This document shows, in pieces, positions 17,853 through 28,306 of a stretch of DNA of 64,000 nucleotides. The position numbers were made by a program, and so were the translations under genes. Source of the DNA: a phage; sequence record QB031383.1, one strand, 5' to 3'. Each line of letters begins with the position of its first letter. Position 1 is the stretch's first letter. The notes under the pieces are model-generated. The model did not search any database and had not been told where the DNA came from. It saw only the letters and a list, made by a program, of their open reading frames with translations.

Positions 17853-20528
17853 TTAGTCGTAATATTTCAAACCTGTAATGAACTTCGATCCCCAATCCGC
17901 ACTTGCGGCGGTGAACGTCAACATCCAAGTTGTAGCTGTACCAGTGAAGACCTCTCGTTGCACAGTACCATCAGTGTGGTAAATGTCCACGCCAGTATGT
18001 CCATTCTTAGGAATAGTGAAGGTAACAGCACTGGTAGTGTCTCGTGCATAAGAACAAACAAATGGTGTCCCCGCCCAAACTGGATTTGTCATATCACCCA
18101 TCTCAAGCTGTGGAACCCAAGCAATAAGACCTGCCGTACCATCTCCTGCGAAAGTGTCTGATCCACTTGCATTCAAAGCTATAATCTCATAGGTTATAGA
18201 TGCTTGTTTGGCAACTGTCACTTTGTGTAGAATTACACGATACCAACCGTTCCCCATATCGATTATGTTTGCATCTGCACCTGTAAATGTTCCAGCTACA
18301 AGATCATAAGTCCCTTCGTTAATCTCATCTCCTGAAGTCAATTTGAGTTTCACTTTAGTGATCCCGTCTGGCTTCAAGAATACGGATGCCGCCCAGTGCT
18401 TACCTGCTGTAATATCAGAAGCTGTATTCACTGCTGATAAAATATGTTGTCCTGAAGTTGTAGAAGGTGTTAACTTGTAAGTGTTAGCCGTAGTTCCAAC
18501 CGGAGAGTTGATTGTTGATGCTGTGACTGTCAAGTTCGTCTTCAACCACGGGGAAGCTGTTGTCAAGTTATTGTTGATAAAGATATGTGTACGGTTGGCT
18601 GCTACAACACGTCTACCTTGTGGAGTTGTACCAACATATTCTAAAGGTGCTACGGGAGCAGAACTCTCTGTAGGTACAAGGATATCTCCAGAAGCCCTGG
18701 CATAACGGTTACTCCTGTTGACCTTTACATCCGCCGGAATAGTTTCTTGCGTCAAATCATAGTCCATCACAATGACCACAGCATTCACTGTGAGATAAGA
18801 ACTATCTTCGGCAGTTACCACACCTTGATAAGTTGCTCTACAACCGATACGACAACCTCCATCAGCAACCGCTGTAATAACGCCTGTAACGGGGTCAACT
18901 GTTGCTACCGTAGGGTCATTAGAGAAATACTCAACAACCATACCAGGTAAGCTTGCTGCTCCTGTTGGCGTTATTTCTGCTACCATTGTTTGTGTTGTTC
19001 CTACATCCATCGCAGATAAGCTAGGAGTGTAAACGCTCAATGTTGAAGCATATCCTCCAGAGGTATCTGATAAAGTTGTTCCTTCAGCGTTTAAGGCTGT
19101 CATACCTGCATCAAAACCACCTTCTGCATGGAAAGTCATTAAACCAGTAGATGATATTGTCATGTTTGCAGGGGCAGAAGAAGTGTATTTAATATTGAAA
19201 AGTTTACCTCCTTCTGGGCTAACAGAATGTGTCAACTGTTTAGTTCCACCTACAATACAAATTCCTAAAGAATCTGTAGTTAAGCCAGTTGCCAGAATAT
19301 CACCCGTAATCACGGAGCTTGCTATTGGTGTGAATTTATTATAGTTTAGACCACTATTGAACAGATACGAGGCTTTCCCATCTTTCCAAATACCGGAATA
19401 ATACATATCCCCGTTATAAACGAAAAAGGTTCCTTGATAACCTAATTGGTTAGTAATATCCATATTCAGCGTATGAACGCTTGTGAGCTTGTTTATATCC
19501 CAGGAACCCACTCCTTCAGGTTTAACTGGTTTTCCCACTTGGAGTGGATCTCCGCTCGCAGAATCATACCCCAAACCTAAGTTTGCAGTGTAGTTCTTAC
19601 CAATAGCCCACAAGGAATTGTTGATCCCAACGAAAAAAGAGTGGCGGCTTGGTGGAAATTTCCATGTTGAGAAACCTGCTGCAAAGGTATCCAGTTTAGT
19701 GTAGGTTGTTTCTGTATTAGACCTGACATATAAGTAGTTTACCGTGCCCGTACCACCGGAGGTATCTCCTACAACTATTGTCTGGGAAACTGTATTGATG
19801 TAATCTTTGACATACACTGTTTCAGTAGTGGATATCGTGGCATTGACAAAAGCGGTTGTTGTGTTATTATTACCTGCTAAACCTTTACTAGCTCCACAAA
19901 CACGCAAGGTTCCCACATTGTTGACATAAGAGCATTGGTTGTAACCTGCATCAAAAGCAACTGCTGAACTTGTTATCTGACGAGGAGTAGAAACTTCGTT
20001 AGTAGTGCTTGCACCTAAACTACCTACTGTGTTTTGACCCGATCCATAAAGAACACCACTATTCATTAACCAGAGAGTATTGTTATACCCTCCTTTAACC
20101 TCTTTAAGATTGGCTAAAGAAATAGTCCCTGTTATTACAGATGGAAAGCTGGTCCAAGTAGTTACACATGCATCCGTACCACCTGCTGCTATAGATCCTA
20201 CCAACCCTGCTGTCAATCCTGAATATTGCCATCCCCCACTGTTAGTTTTAATAACAAAACAACGATCTGCGGTAAACACATCCGCTACTACAGTAGAAGC
20301 TAAGTGGAAATTATTGAATCGTGCACTACGAGTTCCATCTGCAATCTCACCAAAGAGGTTTGCGCCTTGAGTAAACAATCTACCATCATTAAGCAAAATT
20401 GCCAAACTGCTGTTAGAATTACCAGCGTTATCTGGGTAATCTAAAGTAATTACTTTTTTAACAATACCTGCTGGCAGAGGAACGACACCAGTGCTGGTCA
20501 TAATAGTAAATATTGGAATTGGAAACAT
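17853..20528 (-). CDS. tail fiber / receptor-binding protein
   Basis: 891 aa, Gly/Thr/Ser/Asn-rich, last gene of the late operon; AGGGTTTAA RBS then ATG. Confidence 0.55.
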   Translation of the reverse strand: MFPIPIFTIMTSTGVVPLPAGIVKKVITLDYPDNAGNSNSSLAILLNDGRLFTQGANLFGEIADGTRSARFNNFHLASTVVADVFTADRCFVIKTNSGGWQYSGLTAGLVGSIAAGGTDACVTTWTSFPSVITGTISLANLKEVKGGYNNTLWLMNSGVLYGSGQNTVGSLGASTTNEVSTPRQITSSAVAFDAGYNQCSYVNNVGTLRVCGASKGLAGNNNTTTAFVNATISTTETVYVKDYINTVSQTIVVGDTSGGTGTVNYLYVRSNTETTYTKLDTFAAGFSTWKFPPSRHSFFVGINNSLWAIGKNYTANLGLGYDSASGDPLQVGKPVKPEGVGSWDINKLTSVHTLNMDITNQLGYQGTFFVYNGDMYYSGIWKDGKASYLFNSGLNYNKFTPIASSVITGDILATGLTTDSLGICIVGGTKQLTHSVSPEGGKLFNIKYTSSAPANMTISSTGLMTFHAEGGFDAGMTALNAEGTTLSDTSGGYASTLSVYTPSLSAMDVGTTQTMVAEITPTGAASLPGMVVEYFSNDPTVATVDPVTGVITAVADGGCRIGCRATYQGVVTAEDSSYLTVNAVVIVMDYDLTQETIPADVKVNRSNRYARASGDILVPTESSAPVAPLEYVGTTPQGRRVVAANRTHIFINNNLTTASPWLKTNLTVTASTINSPVGTTANTYKLTPSTTSGQHILSAVNTASDITAGKHWAASVFLKPDGITKVKLKLTSGDEINEGTYDLVAGTFTGADANIIDMGNGWYRVILHKVTVAKQASITYEIIALNASGSDTFAGDGTAGLIAWVPQLEMGDMTNPVWAGTPFVCSYARDTTSAVTFTIPKNGHTGVDIYHTDGTVQREVFTGTATTWMLTFTAASADWGSKFITGLKYYD

Positions 20529-20540
20529 TTAAACCCTCCA

Positions 20541-20566
20541 TAAAAAGAAAGCCCCTTTCGGGGCTT
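20541..20566 (-). terminator. rho-independent terminator (AAGCCCC-GAAA-GGGGCTT + T-run on minus strand)
   Basis: Perfect 7-bp stem read directly; U-run follows on the transcribed (minus) strand. Confidence 0.65.
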
Positions 20567-20569
20567 CTG

Positions 20570-22594
20570 TTATCGTGTTACAACAACCATGTCCACGATA
20601 TTACCCACACCAGGATACGTTAATTGCAAAATTGTTACTGCGTTAGCAGTAGTTGCTATTTCTGTATCATTCAGTGCTCCATAAGACGCATCTAGTGTAA
20701 CCGTGTGTCCCGTTGTATCTTGAATCAAATAAATCATTGCTGAAAATGCTTTAGGTTTTGTAGATCCAGTGACACCAGGCCATGCTCCAACTGTCAGAGC
20801 GTCAGTTACTGTAACAACATACATATTGGAAGTTCCAGAAGGAGTCCAAGATGCTCCAGAGTTGGCAGTAGTTGTTTCAAGTTCCATGAAACCTGCTGTA
20901 ACTTTAGTTGGTGTTATAGCTTCTGTAGGATCTGATCCTGATATTTCGATCCAGTTCCCATCAGAACGACCATACGTCAAGCCGTCTTGAGGTGCTTCTG
21001 GTATACTAGGAAGAGTTCCTATAAGTGTCCACGTAGAAGAATCTGTTTTCTTGAACACTGCTCCAGTGGTAGTATTGAAGGCGTAATCATTGATAACACC
21101 ATCTCCTGCAACTGGATTAGTTGTTGCTACAAACCACTGTGCGCCGTCCTTACCGTTGGTCCCATCTGTACCGTTGGTTCCGTTTGTTCCAGGATCACCC
21201 TTATCTCCTTTATCCCCTTTTTCACCTTTGTCGCCTTTAATACTTCCCATGTCAACAAAAGATGCGGAATTGGTGTCTTGATCGTAGGTATAGATGTAAA
21301 GATTACTAGTATCTTCAGTTAAGTAGGCATCACCATAGTTATTATAAACAGGGAGAGCTTCACTGTTCGGAACATGACCTTTAGCTGTAATTGATGTTCC
21401 TCCAAGACTGCCAACATTCATCCATTCTGTAGCATCTTGAACCCAAACATACAAATCATTATTAATTTTATATGCATCACCTACTTCTCCAGTAGGAGGA
21501 AGTTCAGCTTCACTGTTCAGAACCCCGATAATCTCTAAGCCTGATCCTGTTGCACCCACTGGTCCTTGTGGACCTAGTTCACCTTGTGGACCTCGCTCTC
21601 CTTGATCACCCTTGTCTCCTTTTGGACCTTTAAGTGAGGCAATAAAATCTACTTCTGTCCCTTCATTACCAGCATCCAGCCAACTTTGATATGCAGATTT
21701 CCCTTCATCTCCATCTGTTCCATCAAGACCGTCTTTACCTGCCTCACCTTGTGGACCTTGAGGACCAACAATATTACCCATGTTGACCCAAGCTGTCCCA
21801 TTAGAGACATAAAGATTACCATTGATAGAATAAGCTTGGCTTACGTTTTCAGAGTTAGGTTGTGGTAAGTTACTTGTAGAAGGTAAATCCCCACGATAAT
21901 CAAAACCGTTGGCGTTAACACCAGGTGCTCCCTGTGGCCCTGTAGGACCAACATCACCTTTATCACCTTTTATAGAGGTAAGAAAGTCATAAACAGATCC
22001 TGTATTACCATCTGCCAACCATACCTCATAAGCTGATTTCCCTTCTGGTCCAAGAGAAGAAATAAGTTTCCAAACAGAACCATCCCAAGCATAGATTACA
22101 TCGCCTACGATATAACCGTCCCCTGCAACGTTACCTGTAGATGGTAGCTCACTAGTGCTTGCTAATGATCCTTTAATATTAAGTTGAGCACCAGTATCTC
22201 CTTTCAAAGAAGCAAGCCATTGTGCTTCTGTTCCAACAAAACCATTATCAAGTGCGATCTGATAAGCTGATTTACCAGCTTCAGGTATTGTTTCCGACAG
22301 ATCATCGATCTGTTGCTGCACTGCCGTAAACTTGGCATTGATAATTGCTATATCATCAGCGGTCCCAACATTTTGCCATGCAAGGGAAGAAATACCACCT
22401 GTGGTGGCTGGTGTAGAGTTTGCTGGAACTACTTTAGGAAAAGTTCCTTTCCATTGGTAATAATTCCCTTCTGCTGCTAACAGCAAAACTTCACGGGAAT
22501 TACGTAATGTAAAACCTGCCTCAAAGCTGCGACGTTTTCGATAAGTAGCTTCTACCAGATCGGCTATCGCACTATTAGGTCTTGTTAAATTCAT
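20570..22594 (-). CDS. tail fiber protein with collagen-like Gly-X-Y repeats
   Basis: 674 aa; runs GDKGDVGPTGPQGAPG, GPKGDKGDQGERGPQGELGPQGPVG, KGDKGEKGDKGDKGDPGTNGTNGTDG; three ~30-aa GKSAY..L..G....F..S[IL]KG repeats. Confidence 0.7.
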   Translation of the reverse strand: MNLTRPNSAIADLVEATYRKRRSFEAGFTLRNSREVLLLAAEGNYYQWKGTFPKVVPANSTPATTGGISSLAWQNVGTADDIAIINAKFTAVQQQIDDLSETIPEAGKSAYQIALDNGFVGTEAQWLASLKGDTGAQLNIKGSLASTSELPSTGNVAGDGYIVGDVIYAWDGSVWKLISSLGPEGKSAYEVWLADGNTGSVYDFLTSIKGDKGDVGPTGPQGAPGVNANGFDYRGDLPSTSNLPQPNSENVSQAYSINGNLYVSNGTAWVNMGNIVGPQGPQGEAGKDGLDGTDGDEGKSAYQSWLDAGNEGTEVDFIASLKGPKGDKGDQGERGPQGELGPQGPVGATGSGLEIIGVLNSEAELPPTGEVGDAYKINNDLYVWVQDATEWMNVGSLGGTSITAKGHVPNSEALPVYNNYGDAYLTEDTSNLYIYTYDQDTNSASFVDMGSIKGDKGEKGDKGDKGDPGTNGTNGTDGTNGKDGAQWFVATTNPVAGDGVINDYAFNTTTGAVFKKTDSSTWTLIGTLPSIPEAPQDGLTYGRSDGNWIEISGSDPTEAITPTKVTAGFMELETTTANSGASWTPSGTSNMYVVTVTDALTVGAWPGVTGSTKPKAFSAMIYLIQDTTGHTVTLDASYGALNDTEIATTANAVTILQLTYPGVGNIVDMVVVTR
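21170..22280 (-). repeat. coding repeat region: collagen-like GXY tracts interleaved with GKSAYQ-type repeats
   Basis: Repeats visible in the translation; opposite-strand track ORF 21090-21281 (SPLSPLSPFSPLSPL) is their shadow. Confidence 0.65.
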
Positions 22595-22630
22595 TTATCT
22601 CTCCTATCATTAGACCATTCTATTGGAAGA

Positions 22631-22649
22631 AGAGGGGGAATCCCCCTCT
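22631..22649 (-). other. GC-rich hairpin AGAGGGGGA-A-TCCCCCTCT between two tail fiber genes
   Basis: Near-perfect palindrome; same GAGGGGGA/TCCCCCTC arms as the hairpin at 4783; no clear U-run. Confidence 0.4.
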
Positions 22650-22655
22650 ATTCCA

Positions 22656-25600
22656 TTAGGTTGTTGGCACATCTACTACTGGCGTTGGGCGAATAACCGC
22701 AGTATTACCTACAGAAACATTACTGGAATCATTAGGTATGGTTTTAATTCTAACTCCAGCACTTGTAGGCGTTACAATTGGATCTGCAATGTCTATTTTA
22801 ACTGGGTTAGTCCACGTATCATTATCTTGATAAGGTGCACGAGTAATAACTGTGTCCAAATCTGCTCCACCTACGCCAGCACCAGGAATACGGATACGTG
22901 TCCCTGCTGACAGAGGGTAATGATACAACCAAGAAGCATTTGTTGCTGTCCCGTTAGGAGTCAAGTTCTGTGTCAGGAAGGTATCTCCTGCCTGTGTAGC
23001 TCGAATACCGAAAGCTGGGATATCTGGAATATATGCCCCACTTGTTGTTACAAGGAAGAACGTATTATCCGCCTTGACTATCATATCACCTTTGTCAAAC
23101 TCTTTCCCTGTTGGGAAATGCATTCCATCAATGTTTCGACTAGGATTAGGCTCTAAGTAATAAACTTTGCCCGTTGTCCCTACAATAGCTCCAATACCAC
23201 CTGCGATATTGGTATACATATTAGCTTCAACATTACAGTTGACACGATGAATATCCGAGTAACGGCAACGGCTCCACTGTGGACGACCAGTAACCATCGT
23301 CTTGCCATCTGGGTAACAGTTTACGTTAACCATTTCAAGAACAGATTTTTCTCTACGGAAGAATCCATCATAAAATGTCCCTGGACCAGATTCAGGTTGA
23401 CCAACACAATCGAAGATATTACAGGTGATGTTAGACATTGAAAGCCAAGAAGCTATACCGAACAACTGCAATGCAGCGCAACGAATATTTTCAAAGCTAA
23501 CTCTGTTTTCATAACCTGGCCCAGCGGAAACTCCCGCAAAAACACGCCCAGTTTTGGTGTGAATGTTACGAACAGAATAGTTAAAACATGGATTTGAAGG
23601 TCTGCCCTGTGCCGGAACTACCGGATTACCCTCTTCATCCAGAACTGCGTTAGTTCCCCACTCCAAATAAATCATACGGATATTACTTGCAAGTGTGCTA
23701 CCGTCTGTTTTAGGCTCTCCATAAACACCGTCAATCGTAAAATCTTTACTTCCGTACATTACAACTGCGCCAGTTGCCAAACCTGTCCCAACAGATACAG
23801 TCTGATCTGGATCGCCATGAATGTTTTCGATAGAGATATTACGACCAACTTCTACGTGGACAATCTGACGACAACGTTTTGCAAAAACGTTACGAATTGT
23901 AATATTCTTGCAATATTGATCATCAGGGATTCCGTAACCATATGGTCCTTTACCAGCTACACCGATACCGATACCCCAGTTGGACAGAGGAATAGGAGCG
24001 TTAGTCCCATCGATATTAGACAGGTAAATATTCTCAATCACACAACCATCGTCATAATGTTTATTGATGACGTTCAGTTCTATTGCATCACCTTGCATGT
24101 CCATGAAGGTAAGGTTACGGAAGACACCACGTGTTACTGGTTCCCCTGTTCCTTGTTGAAGGATGCCATACAACCCGTTTTTAAAAGTACAGTTATCAAT
24201 TTCAAAAGTACCTGATATTGGGTTGCCTTGGAATACCAAGCTACCAACTTGACCTGCGCGAGGAGCACCGTCCCACAAACAATCGAACATGCGCACAGCA
24301 CCACCCCAATACATAACACGAGAGTTACGGAAAGTTGTGCCTTCTACTGTAGCATTTTGCACACGATAGTCGCGTTGACCACGGAACACACCCCCACGCA
24401 AAGTGATACCTTGAATATCAAAAGAGCTTGTCGTGAAAGTCATATCGCAACCGTAAGCATCGAGAATCTTGCTTTTCGAAGCTTTTGCTGCTAACAGTGC
24501 CGCTTGGAAAGCTGCTTCTGGTGTGGTATAGGTAGTTGTATTGTTAGCAAATTCGGACAAGTAGACAACATCGAATAAATCGTTGTATGTTCCACCACGA
24601 GGGGTTAACAGTCCTTCTGTATTAGTCAGAACCCATGCATTTGGACCTAATCCTCCGCTCGTCTCCAAGGTATCGGAAGCCAAAATACTTTTTGGTAAAC
24701 TTCCAGCCCAACGATAACGACCAGCGCCACGTCCAATCGTCTGATTTTTAGCTGTCAGAGTTACATTATTACCAAAGCTTGTAGGCAAATGAACAAACTG
24801 TCCACGCTCAACAGCCAGTGCAGAAAGGTCTACAGATCCTCCAGAATAAGTCATTACTCCAGAAACAGACAAGGATGTTAAAGTGCCTGTAATGTTAGGA
24901 GGTAATGTGTAGGAAGACTGCGCTACCGGATCATACAGAGCTTTAATCCCTGTTAACGATTGACCTGCTGTTGCGTAAGCCACCTCATCATCTAACAAAC
25001 CATACTTACGAGCAATAGTTTGCAGAGGGACTTTATCCATGCTTTCTGTTAGTTCTTCCGTTTTTGTTTCTAAACTAACAAGACGGTTCTCTAGATTAGG
25101 ATCTGTATCTGCTGAAGCTACGATTTTACCAATATAAGCAAAAAGCTTGTTTGGTAGTCCTGTTGCAGGATCGTGTCCCAAAGGTTCAGATAAGATGATC
25201 TTACTATCTTCTATACGGAAAGCTTCCCCCAGAACCTGAATAACACCATTGATCGTAACAATAGCACTATCAAAGATGTAAGGAGGACTAATTACTGTTT
25301 CATAACCCGTTGCACCAGAGTATACCCACGGGGTGACTTCTGTTGCTAATTGTTCTGTTTTCAGTCCCCACAATACCCAGTTGTTATCTCCTACTGGAGT
25401 CCCTTGCATAGGGATTGGGTTAACCAATGTAGCGTTAGGGGCATAGTAATAACCGCTCAATACTCCATTCTGGAAATAACGAAGTTGGTTAAAAACTGTT
25501 TCGTTTGTGCCTTGCGCCCAATCCAATGGGCTTTTAAAGAAAAAGTTGTCAACAAGGGCTTTTCTCAGGGTTGGTATCAACCCTGATTCTGTTTCAATAC

Positions 25601-25709
25601 TCTCTGTAGCACTTCCATTAATAACATCATGGAGTTGGTTAGATGAGAAAATAACCAGGTCTACGCCCTGTTCGAGAGACGTTGCTGGATATGTTGGGAA
25701 TGTTGCCAT
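22656..25709 (-). CDS. tailspike-like protein with probable right-handed beta-helix (depolymerase-type) domain
   Basis: 1017 aa; central region with periodic N/G/I/V-rich repeats typical of parallel beta-helix tailspikes. Confidence 0.5.
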   Translation of the reverse strand: MATFPTYPATSLEQGVDLVIFSSNQLHDVINGSATESIETESGLIPTLRKALVDNFFFKSPLDWAQGTNETVFNQLRYFQNGVLSGYYYAPNATLVNPIPMQGTPVGDNNWVLWGLKTEQLATEVTPWVYSGATGYETVISPPYIFDSAIVTINGVIQVLGEAFRIEDSKIILSEPLGHDPATGLPNKLFAYIGKIVASADTDPNLENRLVSLETKTEELTESMDKVPLQTIARKYGLLDDEVAYATAGQSLTGIKALYDPVAQSSYTLPPNITGTLTSLSVSGVMTYSGGSVDLSALAVERGQFVHLPTSFGNNVTLTAKNQTIGRGAGRYRWAGSLPKSILASDTLETSGGLGPNAWVLTNTEGLLTPRGGTYNDLFDVVYLSEFANNTTTYTTPEAAFQAALLAAKASKSKILDAYGCDMTFTTSSFDIQGITLRGGVFRGQRDYRVQNATVEGTTFRNSRVMYWGGAVRMFDCLWDGAPRAGQVGSLVFQGNPISGTFEIDNCTFKNGLYGILQQGTGEPVTRGVFRNLTFMDMQGDAIELNVINKHYDDGCVIENIYLSNIDGTNAPIPLSNWGIGIGVAGKGPYGYGIPDDQYCKNITIRNVFAKRCRQIVHVEVGRNISIENIHGDPDQTVSVGTGLATGAVVMYGSKDFTIDGVYGEPKTDGSTLASNIRMIYLEWGTNAVLDEEGNPVVPAQGRPSNPCFNYSVRNIHTKTGRVFAGVSAGPGYENRVSFENIRCAALQLFGIASWLSMSNITCNIFDCVGQPESGPGTFYDGFFRREKSVLEMVNVNCYPDGKTMVTGRPQWSRCRYSDIHRVNCNVEANMYTNIAGGIGAIVGTTGKVYYLEPNPSRNIDGMHFPTGKEFDKGDMIVKADNTFFLVTTSGAYIPDIPAFGIRATQAGDTFLTQNLTPNGTATNASWLYHYPLSAGTRIRIPGAGVGGADLDTVITRAPYQDNDTWTNPVKIDIADPIVTPTSAGVRIKTIPNDSSNVSVGNTAVIRPTPVVDVPTT

Positions 25710-25712
25710 TAA

Positions 25713-26048
25713 TTACCCCTTATTCTGTGTACGTTTAACTATGTCATCTAGCATCATTTGGATAGTCGCATTCTTGAGGTCCATAATCTTTTCAATTTTT
25801 TGCTCAAGGGTGTTATTATTTGCCATTAATGTAGAGTTAATTTGATTTAGCATCTGGGTAAGTTCGGCTTTAGTTGCATAAGTTGATTCAACAAAGACCA
25901 ACTTCTTCTCTAGCTCTCGACTTTTCTCCTCCATTTCCTCAAGATCAGAGCCGAATTTATCCATTTTTTGTTTGAAAAAGAACCAGATGACTCCGATTAA
26001 AGGGATTATTGCATCCTTTGCAAGTCCCCATGCTTCTTGAAATTCCAT
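25713..26048 (-). CDS. small protein with N-terminal hydrophobic segment and coiled coil
   Basis: 111 aa; hydrophobic stretch IIPLIGVIWFFF followed by charged helical region. Confidence 0.4.
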   Translation of the reverse strand: MEFQEAWGLAKDAIIPLIGVIWFFFKQKMDKFGSDLEEMEEKSRELEKKLVFVESTYATKAELTQMLNQINSTLMANNNTLEQKIEKIMDLKNATIQMMLDDIVKRTQNKG

Positions 26049-26057
26049 AGTGATCCC

Positions 26058-26603
26058 TTATTCTGTCGGTAATGTAGGCCAATCTATAGCGTAAGGATAG
26101 TCTTTTTGAAGCGGAACACGATTTAGTTTAACTACATAAACTTGAAGATTTTTAAGATAAGCTAATTCGTCTTCAGTAGCCATTTCTAAATCTTTAGCAT
26201 ACTGTAAAGGTGTTATAAGTGCTACCGCTGTTTCTTGTAAAGAGCGAATTTTTGCACTAGCTTGTGTCATCAACTCTTCACGGGAATACTCTTTATCCTT
26301 AAGAGTTAAGGTTTCTAAATCCAGAACCTTGTTCCTAATATCCTCAAAAGTATCTATATTAAAATCTACTTGTGCTATAGAAAGATCTTCAGGGCAAAGT
26401 AGTGTAGGATCAGTATTCCAAAACACAATACGATTTTGATCATCAAAAACGACTTTCATTTTATCGTTATTGAATTCTGTGCTACGTAAATCATACCAGT
26501 CGTAACCTTGATCGCAACGAAGAAAAAGAATGTTCTCTGCTTCTACCAATTCTTTTAGTTCAGGGTCTTCAGGAATATATTTTTTAAAGTTTGTAAATAT
26601 CAT
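26058..26603 (-). CDS. hypothetical protein (tail fiber assembly region)
   Basis: 181 aa ORF in the structural operon. Confidence 0.4.
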   Translation of the reverse strand: MIFTNFKKYIPEDPELKELVEAENILFLRCDQGYDWYDLRSTEFNNDKMKVVFDDQNRIVFWNTDPTLLCPEDLSIAQVDFNIDTFEDIRNKVLDLETLTLKDKEYSREELMTQASAKIRSLQETAVALITPLQYAKDLEMATEDELAYLKNLQVYVVKLNRVPLQKDYPYAIDWPTLPTE

Positions 26604-27665
26604 TTAGCCTCCAATATCGTACCAGTTTCCGTTAACGTTGCGCTGGAGGCGTTTGAAGTAAACCCCACCGATGTTATCCGCAGAGCTACGTCCTGTTTCC
26701 TGTACGATAATACCAGAAAGAACATAACCAGAAGAACAGATATAAGTCCAAGAAACCTCGTTCCCTGGTGGATAATACACACCTTGGCTAGTATAACGAA
26801 TATCTCTTACAAAGGTTCCGTTAGCATAGTTGTAGTTATTTGTAATCTGACTTTGATGATTACTTTCTACATTGTTTATACGAGAAGAGAGGTTGTTGTT
26901 AACATTATTCAAGTTGTTTTGAACAGTGTTAATATTCGTCTGCAATGTGTTCTGAAGGGAAGTCAAACGAGAGTTCAGATAATCTAAACGAACTAAAGCA
27001 TTTCCGTTAGAAGTATCTTGTCCACTGTTCGATCTTGGATTATCTATTAGAACATAACCTGCATCATATAAACGAACACCTGCCGATACACTACCTGTGC
27101 TAGGATTTCTACGATAGATGTAAAGCTGACCTCCGCTTTGATACTCGGCAGAAATCTCACCATTTGTTTGTCCTGCAAAGTTTTTGAAGAACAGTGTTGC
27201 AGGATCTGTTGTGGAAGTACCGTTAACATAAACATCGCCACCATAAATAGCACCACCCGCATCACGTTTTACCAACACGTTTGGTGTTACTGTTGAACTA
27301 GTAGCATCTGTAATGTTTGCTGACAAGTGATTATGACTGTTATCTTGAACTTGGATAGATAAAGTAACTTCTTTGTTACCGTTCCAAGTGGCCTCACCAG
27401 TAGCATCACCTGCCACTGTAATCTTAGTTCCCACTAAAGGCAAGTAGGTATTAGGTAAAGTTGGAAGAAAATCATCCACCAAATAGCGAATCCATAAACC
27501 GATATTATTAAGAATCCAGTTCATTTCTTCGCAAGTCATGATTTGACCATAATCCATACCAACTGTGCGGATGGTTTCTTTAGGTCTAATTTTGTTTGTG
27601 TTTAAAGTTCCTGGGAGCGTTACAGTTTGTGTAGCCCAGTCAGGATAATATATTGGCTTCGCCAT
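26604..27665 (-). CDS. tail fiber-like protein
   Basis: 353 aa; N/Q-rich coiled segment (NTLQTNINTVQNNLNNVNNNL) and Gly/Ser/Thr-rich C-terminus. Confidence 0.45.
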   Translation of the reverse strand: MAKPIYYPDWATQTVTLPGTLNTNKIRPKETIRTVGMDYGQIMTCEEMNWILNNIGLWIRYLVDDFLPTLPNTYLPLVGTKITVAGDATGEATWNGNKEVTLSIQVQDNSHNHLSANITDATSSTVTPNVLVKRDAGGAIYGGDVYVNGTSTTDPATLFFKNFAGQTNGEISAEYQSGGQLYIYRRNPSTGSVSAGVRLYDAGYVLIDNPRSNSGQDTSNGNALVRLDYLNSRLTSLQNTLQTNINTVQNNLNNVNNNLSSRINNVESNHQSQITNNYNYANGTFVRDIRYTSQGVYYPPGNEVSWTYICSSGYVLSGIIVQETGRSSADNIGGVYFKRLQRNVNGNWYDIGG

Positions 27666-27674
27666 TTAAACTCC

Positions 27675-28304
27675 TTAATCTATTTGCTTGAGAAGCGTAC
27701 ACATGCGTCCTGTTTCATCCCCAGTAGATTCCATGTACAGGGAACCTAAACCACCAATACCATGAGGCGGTTTGGTAGCATAATAAGAACTAAAACCAAA
27801 AGCTGATCCTGCTTTTGCTCCAAGACGGTAGCTACTAATAATAGGGAAAACACTTAGCAACTGCTCTAAAGCTTGATCAGATTGAAGACACAGGTTGTAG
27901 AAAAACACATCAAAGGTTTTATTCAAACCTACGTAAGTATTAAGCGTTTCACGCTCTGTTCCTGTGAAACGGGCGAAGATATCAATTATGTCACCACGAG
28001 TCCCCGACGAGGCTACGCGGTAAGCCCTGATTTTTAATATTGTTCTATACTCTTCATCATCAGAGCCATTACGTTCGATCCCCATTTCTTCCCCTAGAAT
28101 ATCTAGGTATTTGCCTGTGGCTGTAGAGATCAAGCGGTGTTTAGCAAGATAGATCATTGCCTGATCTATCTTTTGCTTTTCACTGGATACGATGTAGAGG
28201 AGCTTGACAATGTTAGGAGAAGATTTAAAATCTTCAATCAGAAGGTTTTTAACATCTTCATTGATACTGGCCCAAGTTGTTACATGGTCAACACTCACTG
28301 CCAT
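27675..28304 (-). CDS. baseplate/tail protein
   Basis: 209 aa ORF adjacent to baseplate J-like gene. Confidence 0.4.
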   Translation of the reverse strand: MAVSVDHVTTWASINEDVKNLLIEDFKSSPNIVKLLYIVSSEKQKIDQAMIYLAKHRLISTATGKYLDILGEEMGIERNGSDDEEYRTILKIRAYRVASSGTRGDIIDIFARFTGTERETLNTYVGLNKTFDVFFYNLCLQSDQALEQLLSVFPIISSYRLGAKAGSAFGFSSYYATKPPHGIGGLGSLYMESTGDETGRMCTLLKQID

Positions 28305-28306
28305 TT

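Noticed and set aside
21090-21281. Plus-strand ORF encoding SPLSPLSPFSPLSPL repeats
   Set aside because: Mirror image of the collagen-like Gly-X-Y codons of the minus-strand tail fiber gene.
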